NCBI GenBank assembly: GCA_025786725.1
Contig: JAHLTZ010000008.1
Location: forward strand, 558,001-622,000
Direction of reading: 5' to 3'
Origin: Syncephalis fuscata S228
Taxonomy: Eukaryota > Fungi > Zoopagomycota
DNA: 64,000 bases
Each line of letters opens with the position of its first letter. Positions within the stretch are counted from its first letter, which is position 1. Positions 37,723 to 50,400 of this stretch are shown here, one piece after another. The position numbers were made by a program, and so were the translations under genes. The notes beneath the pieces were generated by a model. The model was given only the letters and a program-made list of their open reading frames with translations, was not told the origin of the DNA and searched no databases.

Positions 37723-38861
37723 TGTTACTGTGCGGAATTATTATATTGTAATCACGTAATTATTCACCATATGATTAATCGCTGACGTCCATTATGTGAT
37801 TAAATAGTGTACTAATGATAATATGTGAATAATCACAACAATAGTATACTAAATACTAGTATTAACAATTATAAACAAACAATTATTCAAGGATATAGCC
37901 AGTAAATACTTGTTATTTACTGACTTATGAGCAGTCATATAAACAATGCTCAAGTTTTATTAACAATAGTATTTGTTATAAAATTGTGACTTTATTCGAA
38001 CATTAAGCAATAACATCAGTATTTGGCTATATATTTTATTTGTTTATTCTAATTATAAGCGTTACTCAATTACTAAAAATTAACTGTAATAATTGATTAT
38101 TTATGCTTTCTTATCGTACATTTATCATTTTATATATCGTTTTATACTCGCATAGTCTTCCTCTATCCAAAACTATTTTTATTTTTGCTTAAGCAATGTT
38201 ATTAATAAATATCGACTAATTCACCTCAGTCATTTAGCAGTTATATGTAATTGAACATATAACAATAGAGTGTGTCTAGTATGAAATAAAACGATATATG
38301 TGTACTGGATATATGCATATTGGATAATAAATCTACGATGACGAGTATTTTAAACTTTAATACCACTCACCACCTACCATCATGTTCAATAGATTTAATA
38401 TTATTAAATTTAGCTATTTGACCACCAAATTACATTAAATGGCTAATGGATTGTTTAATGTTAATGTATTGAAAATAATATAAATAAATCACTAATATTA
38501 TTCTTAAAATGAGCGGTGCCAATGTGGCTGTATTAAATGTATGTAAAAGACTTGGGCTTTGGTAACAATAATAAAACACCTATTACCACATATCCTTCTC
38601 TCCCATGTTATCATTACTAATAATAACAATAATTAATTTAAAATGTAGACTGAATCTTGTTTTGAGTCCCAAAAGTAAAATAGCTTCATACATTTAAACA
38701 ATATTCTGCAAAACTACTTCAGCGCTATTAAAGAGGCGGGCATACAACTGTACACGTAATACACGTATACAAACAATAAGAAATAGAAAAGAAAAATTAC
38801 GAAAAAGCCACTTTACAAATACCAATATACTAATGTCTTCTAGTCGTGTTCAATTCGTTAG

Positions 38862-40249
38862 CTAGCTAGTTAACAAACTCATTGGGATCAAAAGACTAGG
38901 TGGACCTCCTTGGCCGGCGTCACCACCTGCAGGATGGTTTGCATGGCTGTTGTTGTTGTTACTGTCGTTATTAGAGCGCTTTTCCAGTATTTCCACATAG
39001 TTAGCGGGGAATAGACCAATACGTCCATCACGTAGACGACCGCGCCACCACTGGCTCGGCTGTCCCTGTGCATCATGTCGGCTAAGAATGGCAATAAGGT
39101 CACCACGCTGTAGATTCAATTCGGCAGCATGGTCGCCCTGGAAGTCGTAAAGAGCACGAGCAAATTCTAGCTCATTAGGATTAAAACCGGATCCATTGGT
39201 AAGCTGATTATTGCTGTTGTTTGATGCGTCATCGCCGCCATTGCCACCTTGATCTTGTCGACGGCGATCGGCTGCGCGAATTAAACGATTGATCAACCAA
39301 GGAATACCAATAATGGCGGCCAAGAAAAATAGAATGGGACGGCGCGATACGCTACGCTGTTGACTGTGTGACTCAAACTCATTCACATTAATAGCTAATG
39401 GATCCACGGGTGGTTGCCGCCCAATGATCCAATAGCCTAGCCGTTTCAAAGCACGTAATAAAGCAAATACACTTAATACTTGTCCAAGATAATTACGTAA
39501 ATGACCAAATTGTTCAGCCACACCGATCATAGCCATAAATGAGGAGTGTGTGGCCATGTAAGTACTTTCTAGCATTTGGGCAAATCCACCAAATGCACCC
39601 ACTACTGATTCTAATAGATGAAATGTACTGGCGGTATTCTGCTCCATTCTATTCATCAATGATGGGTCATTCGGATCTCCTCCTTGCATTCCCATGCCAT
39701 ACATGCCGGCTCGTGGGCCGTAAAGGCCACCGCCATAGCCACCATAAGAACCATAGGCAGTGCCGTAATTACCATAAGAGCTCATGCCACCATAGCTTGA
39801 GCCGTATAGGCCACCTGTGCCATAGCGCGATGCACCGTATCGGTTATATGGCGATGAATAAGAAGAATATCCAGAGCTTAACCCAGTGCCGTAACTGGAG
39901 CCATATCCACTATTGTACCCGGTGCCATATCCACTGTTGTACCCCGAGCCATATCCAGCGCCGTAGCCTAGAAACAAACAGCTTCGATTAGTATGGTCTA
40001 TTCGTCTTTAATCAGCGATTGCTACCCACCTGGTCGATTCATTGTATTAACGCCAGTTGCTCCCGTGTAGCCAGTAGTAGCATTTCGCGCTGGAAGCGAA
40101 GGAACCGAAGCAGAGCCCGTGATGGGAGATGCTGCCGACATTCCGTTCGTTGCTGCAGCTAACGAGTTAGCGCCGCCTGCAGCAGTAGCAGTGATACTTT
40201 CACCACCACCACCACCGGCACGCTCCCAAGGCTTTGGAGGAGAAGGCAT
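38862..40249 (-). CDS. PEX13: Peroxin 13
   Basis: MPSPPKPWE, YG-rich region, TFHLLESVVGAFGGFAQMLESTYMATHSSFMAMIGVAEQF, C-terminal SH3. One intron. The true C-terminus is probably SFDPNEFVN in an alternate frame (1-nt omission near 38897). Confidence 0.96.
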
Positions 40250-40811
40250 AGCAAAAAAGTCCTTCGTAGTAACGATGAATTAGTTGATTATACGCGATAA
40301 CGTTGTTGAGTAGTATTACACCAGTAAATAGCTAGCGAAATAAAGGAGACGCTGTCTACACCGTAAAGAGATGCTGTGGCACTGTATACTTGCTCTTTAC
40401 GTAAAACAGCGCGATCAATAAAGCTACACAACACCAAGGTGGGTCGTAGTATGTCAAGGTAGCTTTTACAAAATACACTTTACTCGTCGCTAAACAACAC
40501 ACAGACAAGATATCGTTACTGACAGACTACTTGCTGTAGGTGAATCAAAGACGAAACAATAAGACAAAAGGAAAGAACGAACAAAATAGAACGGCACACA
40601 GAACTGCCGTACTTGCTTTTCTCACATTTACTCACACTGCATCCACATTCACACCTTACACTCATTGTATTTATCAATTATTTATCAATCTACATTGGCA
40701 TTTCTCTAGACCGCCTGATTTGACTTGAATTGGACCATTTTCCGTTCTACGCAGAACTGACTCCTTTTCATTTTTTACTCTTTTGTCATTTGATTAGTTC
40801 AAGAATTCATC

Positions 40812-41167
<356 letters not shown>

Positions 41168-41617
41168 GCACTGTTTGCTTAGCCTTTGCAGTAACAAAGC
41201 AATAAATATGCCTCCAATGCATAGTTATATGTATAAGAATAGTATGAGTAATTGATACTAAACGAGAATTGATTAATATAAGCAGTGTGCACTACTTGAT
41301 TTGTAGCGTTTTATTTTAATTAGTTTAAAAACTTGAGATGGATATCATTAGAAAATTGTAGATCATTTATAATTACGCGGATGAACATTTGCACAAAAAG
41401 CATTTGGTGGTATATTTAAGTAGTTTGTATTTAATAAATCAGCATACGCTGTTCTAAATATTTGCTTTAACTTAACCAGTTGATCACACAATAATAAAAT
41501 GATAAAAGTTTTTTATTTTATTGTATTATCATTAGATGTAAATTGGCACCTAAAGGCCAAAATAGAACGCAGGATAGAAACAAATTACTAAACAGAAAAT
41601 AAAAGACTCGGCCGTGT

Positions 41618-44263
41618 TTAACAATAAGCAGCCAAAGCCCATGCAAATGCAATCAAAAACACAAACAAAAGTGCTACGCCAACAATGATAACCGATGCAG
41701 GCGGAATAAAGAATAGCACAATACCAATGGCAGCGGCAATATAGATTACTGTAAACCATCGCGTTCGTCGATGTCGTAAGCAGTCAAACAATCCTGTAGT
41801 GAACGTGTAATGAACACGCTCGCGCCAATTCATATTGGTCATCGGATTTATACGAGTGTGGACTTGTTCTTCAGGACGTGGAAACTCACCATCCATTACC
41901 GAGCCTATTTGGTCCGAGTCGAAGCGAAGTAATGGAGCTAGTGGCCGCATCCAACGGTGGTGTGGTAGAACAGGTCGTGGACGTGAATGTAATGGAAATA
42001 GCAAAGCATCATCTGGTTCAAGCGCATTTTTTGCAAAGAACTGTCGAATCGGTGCTTTGTAAAGAAAGTCATAATCATTGCCAATATATCGACCTACAAG
42101 CCAGTTAGGACCTGTGCGTGGCTGTAATGGCGAAATAAAACCAGTTGCTTCAGTATTACCCATCTCTATAGCGGGTATTGCTCGTGATGGCTTACGCAGT
42201 TGTGCCGCTGTATGATATGTATGCTGCAAATCAGCCGATGCATCTTTTGATTTAAACAATAGTGCTGGCAGACTGTTGGACCGAGGAAGCGTAGACTGAG
42301 CATGACAAACAGCAGTTGAAATGGCCGTCACCGGCTCCTCCGGCTTTTCTTTGGCCAGTGTACTCGTCGATGGCACAATAAAAGACGATGAGCAACATTT
42401 TTTCTCTACTATTTTTCGTTCACTATTAGATCGTGAGATAGATACAGCCTTTGGACAAGGCGACAGTAAGCCTGGCGATGATGACAATAGCGGTGATGAT
42501 GGTGCCGAGGCCGAGCGATGGCTATTATTCGATGATGAATTGGATGGCAATCTATCAAGACTTATTCGTGTATTAGATGGTAGGCGTGGCGGTGTTTTAG
42601 ACAAAAGTGGGGCTACTATAAAAGATAACTTGCTGCTATTCTCGCTTACGGAAGACGCTGCATTGGCCGAATTAGATTCTGAAATAGCATCGGAATGTGC
42701 TGGAGAAAGTTCCACTGGCGATGGTGATGGTGATGCTGATGCTGATGATACCACTTTGATGTGCGTTAGTTCAGCGGGTGTGGCGATAGGCACTGGTGTG
42801 CACCGACCACTATCAAGTACATCAGGCGGTTCTTTTATCGTTACCTCCATAAAGGTACGGGTAGTCCAGCGTGACAAAATGGTTGCATCTGATGGCAGTT
42901 TATGAAGTGTGGGCAATGTCGGATCATCGATTTTAACCGATAAACTACTGTCATCGCCATGGCTACTAGTACTGCCAGCACCTGCTGCTCCATGTGTCTT
43001 GTGTTTTTGCTGCTTTTTAAAGTTACGATGAGCATCTGACCAAGCACGGGCAATACTTGCTTTAATGACAAAGTAGTCTACCTTGCCATAAATACTATCG
43101 TTACTTAGTGGCTAAGCATTGTTAAAGCAATGATAAATTTTGTTATTAGTATGTTAATTATAAATGATTTATGGTAATTACATTTTTGGTGCGTACTCGG
43201 TGTAGTAGTCCGCGCTCTGGCTCAGTACGAAAAAGAATTTTGTTTAAATGATGTGCTGCATAATGGAAGTAATTGTAGCGTGTTGCATCGCGTGGATCCA
43301 CCGTGCAAACACGTGCTATAATCATGTCACGGTCGCGGTCTGCGTGCATGGAAACAAGACGGGCAAATGATTCCAGTGTGAATGGATCATCATCAGCCAA
43401 TGGTACGTGGCCGATAACTTGAGTTATCTGCCTATACTTGAAAGGCCACGACTGCCATTGGCAGCAGAGAAGTAATCAGCTGCTGGCTCGCCACATTTAT
43501 TATTATTGGCGTGGCGGCTATTGCGTCGAAGTCGAAAACGAGCGGCAAAACCCGGTGTTTGTGGTGCTGATGACGATAGTCTTGAGGCATTTTGAGTTGG
43601 CGGTAGCTCTGTTGGCATTTCCTCACCTGTAGGAGAGGGTGTTGACTGAGCAGTAGGCGTGTTGGCTCCAATGCTTGGACTATTTATTGATATATGAAAC
43701 TCATTGGGCGTAGCTTCATTTGTATTTCTTGTATTAGCTTCAGCAAGTCGTTTATTCGACATAGAAATAGCTCTGCGAGGAGTAGGTGTGCCCATCGATA
43801 TGGCAGAATCACGACCATGAGCCCGATGCCCACTATTTGTCGTATTCGATGGTCGATTTGAACCTAAGGCATAATGGCCAGGCTGTACAGTTGCTGGCCG
43901 TGTTGGTGGCGATTCATTTAAAATAAAAGGGCGTGGTTGCACTATATTACGATTTACATCGTCACTTTCCGGTGTTGACAAATCAACATTAGTTGTAGAA
44001 CCCTCATTGGGCACTGGCACATTGATTGGTCTATGAGCAGCTGTATTATTCTCTTCGTGTAAGCGATTATTTTCTGCATTACGTCGCTGAAGTGCGACTC
44101 CAATCGGTACATCGTCGGTGATACCCGCTAACGATGCGTCGTGTTTATCGCGTAAAAGAAAAATGCATGGTGCGTTAGAATAGTCAGATGGATGAATAGG
44201 CTGTGGTGGCACCGCATCAGTCAACTTAGCAGTCAAATGTAACGAATATAAATAACATGGCAT
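41618..44263 (-). CDS. Membrane protein with a DUF5092-like domain, low-complexity linkers and C-terminal TM helices
   Basis: Conserved-looking blocks DDDPFTLESFARL...IIARVCTVDP...HYAAHHLNKILFRTEPERGLLHRVRTKN(PL) and YIGNDYDFLYKAPIRQFFAKNAL. The DUF5092 assignment is from memory of early-diverging fungal proteins. One intron and two apparent 1-nt omissions (~43430, ~42935). Start codon uncertain. Confidence 0.65.
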
Positions 44264-46795
44264 TATTCTATTAGCTCGATTGGTATTTAGTAAAAATTAA
44301 ACTACTTACATCTACAGGCACACGCATAATTATAATAAATGATATGTAAATCAGCAATACAAGCGCTTCTACACCTGCAGCACTTTCAAACCAATCGGCG
44401 TGTGGCTTGTGATGTAGAGAATGCAAGCGTGGGGACAAACTACGCCAGCCAGAATGTGTTTAATATTAATATGGCTTCACAGACTGCTCATATATCAATT
44501 AGCAAATGGTTTGGACGTCAAGCAGCTACAAATGGCTGATATACAGTTCTGGGACAGTGTAGACAAACTGCAAATGAAAAAATATTTCGTAAAGTAATTG
44601 GAAAATAGATGCGAATAAAAGAAAGGTTACCCAGCAATTCTTCTGTGGATCCTACAAAAGTTAACACGCACGAATAATTACAAACATGTTCGATTGCTGC
44701 GGCTAAGACGTTTAACGTCAGTCGGTTTTGTCGAATAAAACATAGGGTGGGTACAATAAAGAGAAAGAGAGACAGACAGACAGACAGAACATCATGTATG
44801 AGTCGGGCAAGCACGCGGCTAGTGACGGTGATTCAAATCAAACCTGTATGAAAGTGAATACAATAAGGTGATTGAATCATAAACACCGACAATGACTTAC
44901 TGTCACATGTAAGCTGTATTTGAATTCATTAAGTCTCCACTTTTTGCCTAACGATTTGTGCGATAAACAGACAGACAGATAAACAGCCAACTAATCTCTC
45001 ACAAATCATACTTTAAGACACCGATACCTGAGTAAATCATTTACTTCATATCAATATAATACATATGAGTTTTAAAAACAATAAAGAGTTGAATTTTACT
45101 TTGCACCCCCCCCTATTTTGAATCCCCAAAGTAAAATTCGTTTTAATTAAAGTCATGTCGTTGTTATGCACATTACAATTATACTGCTTCCTATTAGAAT
45201 GTTTTTAATAAACTGCTTTAAACAAATAATGTGATATACTATTTAATTTTTTGAAACATTTGAGGCCGATTATTATTGTTGTTGGTCATGTGTGTAAAGA
45301 CTAATTGGATATTAATAGGAGCCATATGATCGTGATTCCACGTCGTTTCACAGTCATTGTTGCACTAATATACACATGCTATGTACCATTTCATTTTAAC
45401 TTTTGATTTTAATACTTGCTAATTAAGTTAAATAAAATGCACTATCATATAAAATATTGTGTATTATTTATTTGTTTATTATATTTTTATTGTAAGTAAT
45501 AGGAAATACTATTTAACATTTATTAACAAATATCGGACATTGAAAATAGTACGAACCGCCTCATCTCCACTTGAATTAATTGGAGTTAATATAGCATCGC
45601 TTCAACAAATCCCTTCTCAGTATCAAAAGCTGATGGTCGGTTTATTATTCAGAAATGAGTCATAAAACTTCCCCTCAGTTTAAAGCTAAATGGCATGAAG
45701 TAGACTAGCTCTTTAATTAATAATATTGTGTTAATAATAAAGATGTCAGTTAATTAGTTTAGACATCACTCTATTTTTGTTAATATTTGATTTGGCAGTC
45801 ACAATCCATCCGTTTTAGGAATATCGCATGCAATTCGTGACTGTCTTTTGATGGTGCCTCACAAATCCCGCAGGCTGGAACATGCGGTTAACCGGTTGCA
45901 TTGCCATACAAGTATTGCCATCAAACCTGTATACTCATATGATTCCGCAAAACGATGTACTTGCCGTGCTGCAGGTTATTTATTTAATAGTATATCAGCA
46001 GTTTTCAAGTTTGCGTAATCTTCTTCTTTTGAATTGCTATTAGTGTTTTTTTATTCGTAATAACATTGGCGACCTCCTTTTATACATCCTCCGCTAACCT
46101 TTATAGCAAACTTTCTCGTGGATCGCCGCATTTTACGGTGATCTTGGAGATTATAGTATTTTGCAAATATTACGCTTGTTCATTATCCAGTCGGGGTACT
46201 GACACATGTATTGCTGTTAAACTCGTTCTTTTACTGCTACCATTGTGCTCTTGATAATTTCTATTGGCTATTCCGTATAACCTATTTACTATATTTCATT
46301 TGTAAGTAATACTTGTGTTCACTTTTGCAACATCCCCTTTAGTCCAAAGTTTCTATTGCCCCTGATAAATTGACACTCTCTGGCAAGAGTAATTTCTTAC
46401 TATCCAAGCCATCGAATATGCTTGTATGTCGTGTATGAGAGTAACTCGATCAATTCCTTATCTCATAGCACTGACCTGATAGAGTAGTTTTGTTCTATTA
46501 ATTACAAATTCTCTGACAGCCGCTATAAATATTTGTTTTATTTTAGAACCGGCCAATCTACCCTTATTATTGGCCGCAAGAATAGCGCATGCGAACGACA
46601 AGTCGTTGTTATACAAGGTTTAAACAACTATCCAGTACTTTTAGCACAGGGCTGCACCTTTGCCAAGAACGCAGGATCGTCGTTTGAAGCTGAAACGCTA
46701 TCAATAGACACAGAAACAACATTATATTAATAATTAATGTTGGGTGCTCAGACGACCTAGTTTATATCTTGTGTATTCTGTGCTAATTAAGTATC

Positions 46796-49163
46796 ATGTT
46801 ATCAAACTGGAGACATTTTGGTGTGTCCGCCTTTTGTGGATTTGCTTTATTGGCAATTACTTTATGGACCACTACTGCTAAAGCTGACACTGGACTAAGT
46901 ACACCATTGGAAAAAGCTGACACTCTAATACGTCGTCTGTACCGACGGAATAATGATGTGCCAGCCGACCAAACTCAGGACTCCGAAATGGCTACAGGTT
47001 CTGTGACGCATTCGAATAATGGCCAAAAGCTTCACTCAATAGTCCATAATATTCATGGCGTCCCATCTGATGGCCCTGGTGGTGACCCATCTGCAGTAAA
47101 GTCTACCACAGATCCAATGGCCGGCGTTCAAGCTGCACCCTCGAATGCCGAGCATCAAGTGGCTCATGAGAACCCGAATGCTCACAAGCCCTGGCTACTA
47201 TTCCATTTGGGAGAAGGTGCTGAACGTATGAATGGTGCTAATACTTTAAACAATGGTGAAGCTCAAGCAATGAATAGTGAAAACAATGGCTTGCCTGAAG
47301 ACGAGAGTCTAGCACTAGATAGTGAAGGCATGTGGTTTGTTATGGTAGCACTTATTACAGGTGGCCTCAATTTATCGAGCTGTATCTATATCATGGTTAA
47401 AACCTGGCCTGATAGCAGTAGTGATTCCCCTTCACAACATCCAAAACACGGTAATGGCGCTATCGGCATAGATGACGATGACCATAGCAAAGGCAAAAAT
47501 AATCAAAATGAACAGGATTGCTATGAACAAAACAAAAGTATCGAGCATGAAACAAATGCGGCCTCATTCAGCAATGTAGTGTCATTCCCAACTCCCCTTC
47601 AGCCCAGTGGTAAACCCAAAAGATTAAATTTCAATGCTGTATTATCTACATCAGCCCCTAACCTTTCGTCATCACGATATGACGACGCATCAGGTATTAG
47701 CACCACTTGTAGCGAGGGCGCTGTTTTACACCAGCGACACTCACTTGCTCGACAAATGAAGCGCAGTTCTACGCTTAACGCTGCTAAGGATGCGGCAATA
47801 AAAATCAAAAGTGTGGCAAGTCGAGGTCCGTGGCGCTGGTCGGCGGCCGCTTGGAATTTGGAAGCTTATGCCGAGTCAGAGTATAGCAATTCACGCACTT
47901 CACTTGTTACCATTAATAGTGTAGAAAGTAGCAATACACTAAGTGCTGCCGATAACCAAAACAACAATGGATTTTCCAACATACCATTATCATCAGACAC
48001 CAAACCAACAAATGCTGGACATTTGTCACGGGACCATTCAACACCATCATTAAAAGATGAAACGTCTCGTAAACACGAAGTAGCACAACATCATCGTCGC
48101 CATCACCACCATTCTAAACATAAACATGTGGCATCGCGCCATCGTTTTGCTCTATATACGACAACTACGGATTTAGCAATTACTGCTATAGTTACAGGCG
48201 GTGCCCTTTACGCATCTATTCGCGGTGAGTTGCCATCCGATGGATGGTGCCGTGCATTGGGACTGGCCAACTACGCTTTAATTGCTATGGATTTGGCATT
48301 AGTAGCATTTGAATCCATTTTATTTTGGTCTGCCGTTTCACAGCTGGCCTTACCATTGACCCACTATCACTCCATGCAACATAAGCACGGTCTAAGTATG
48401 ACTGAATCGACTGCTGCACATCACTCTTTACAAGAACTAGACCATGGTAGCTCCCGTAGTCTAGGTCGCTATCATTGGAAATTATGGTTGGCGTGTACCG
48501 TAGCACCATGGGTACTCTCCTTATCGCTTCTTCCCGCACATGGATTTGGTTGGGATCGCTACTGGTAAGTAGTAGTACGACATTGAAGGGCAAAGTCATT
48601 ATTGGCTAACAATAATTTATTTTTATTTAAATTATAGGTGCTTCGTGTACAACTATTCGGCTGGAGGAAAAGGGGCACTGGCCTTTATGGTGTTACTACA
48701 TTACACTGTACTACTGATTGTCTCACTATGTTATATTCCAGTACTACGTGCTACTCGCCAGCTACCACATTTATCAGAATCAACAACGGCAACAACGACC
48801 GCACTACCCCAAATGTCACAGTCGGAGAATACGGGCTCTCAACATCGCTCACAAACATTGGCCAAATTAAACGCCGCTTCATCTAATTTATCTACAACAA
48901 CACTTAGCCATTCCGACGAATTACTACAGCATCGACGACTAGCACACCACCGACATGTTGTCGAAGGTGCTGGTATTACCTTGACTCATTTATTGCTTCA
49001 AGTCGTGCACTACACACCAGGCACGCTTCATGTAGCAGCCCAGTTCTTTGACTATGAGGACTTGTGGATCTATATTGTTGCCGTTGCATTTACACAGTCT
49101 GGTGCACTAATGCACGCCTTGGTTATTGGGTGGTCTGAATGGCGTGAACGACGTAACTCATAG
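46796..49163 (+). CDS. 7TM GPCR-like receptor (Git3/cAMP-receptor-like), paralog 1, with signal peptide
   Basis: Seven hydrophobic segments. TM2 RFALYTTTTDL, TM3 WCRALG, ECL2 FGWDRYWCF, TM6 HYTPG. One intron (~48565-48638). Confidence 0.75.
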
Positions 49164-50400
49164 CCAATTCAATTATATACATATATATTTATAAATCTAC
49201 TTTGTATTTGTTTTACAAATCAATAAACCAAGTTTAAGCATAATTTAATGCTTTTTTTATTTATTGTATATCTCCTTGGCAAATCAAACACCAATCCTTG
49301 TAGCCAGTATGCCACATGTGAATATTGATTTAAGCATTTAATAAAATCAGCTATCAGTGTTTGAAATATCCTTGCTACATTACATGAAACATATTGGTTT
49401 CGTCTTTTACAAACGCATCCGTGATTAGCCGGTAGACTTTCATGGTAAAACTAGTTATTTGCAACCTCGCAAACCTCAACACGAAAATGACTTGTCCGCT
49501 TTTTTTTTGTTTCATCTATTGTTAGTAATATTTTAACCTGTTTCAATTTGGTAATGGCAAACACCGCTAACGTTGAACTCGCGCCAATTAAACCGCACAA
49601 GCCCTTATTTTGGCCAACGATTTACATAAAAGGTTTAACTAATCAGTCAAATTCAGATTGCCATAAATGGGATGCTCAATTGGTATACAAATTGCTCGCT
49701 TATTCACTTGTTCGCCCACCACCTATTTTTCAACGCTCTACACTTTGTCTTTGGTTCGTTATTTCTTGGGGCGACTGGTTGGTTATCCGTTATCACTCCA
49801 TCTAGTATTCATTCCGGCATATTGAGTTTTGGTATGTAGAGCAATCAACTAATGAACATGTCGTTTTGTTTAATCGCGTTACACGACGATGTGCTAATAA
49901 CCTTATTACCATTAATCAAATAATAGAAGTTTCCATTGACATTCTACATCAAGCAGCAGCATTAGTTAGTTTAGCCGTCTCGCAAACAAGATTCTGGTCC
50001 ATTGTTTCTCTTTTCCTGTTGATCGGGTAGTAGCACGTTTCTTTCATTGTTTTATTGTTATTTCAGTATACTGAGCTGAAACCTACTGTAACAGTGTTAC
50101 GGCTTGCTAATTATATACTTTTGCATTGTTCTGTTCTCAACATATATAAGTTGCTTTTATTGCCGCATTGCTTTCTTGTGCTAGCTTCATTACATTTCCT
50201 TCTTCACGTCATTCACCTTTCCTAGATTGCTACCATCCAAATCTGCTGGTCAGATATAACGTACAAATTCAAACGAACATTGTGTCGAGTTATACGCCCT
50301 ATCATCATCATTATCGCCATCTTTCATTCATCTTTCATTCATTCCAATTTGAACGTAAACACACACATACACTGATACGTATACGCATCATTGCGTAAAA

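Noticed and set aside
40437-40500. tRNA-like start GGGTCGTAG...
   Set aside because: No T-loop (GTTCRA) or cloverleaf. It lies in the PEX13/TMA7 divergent promoter.
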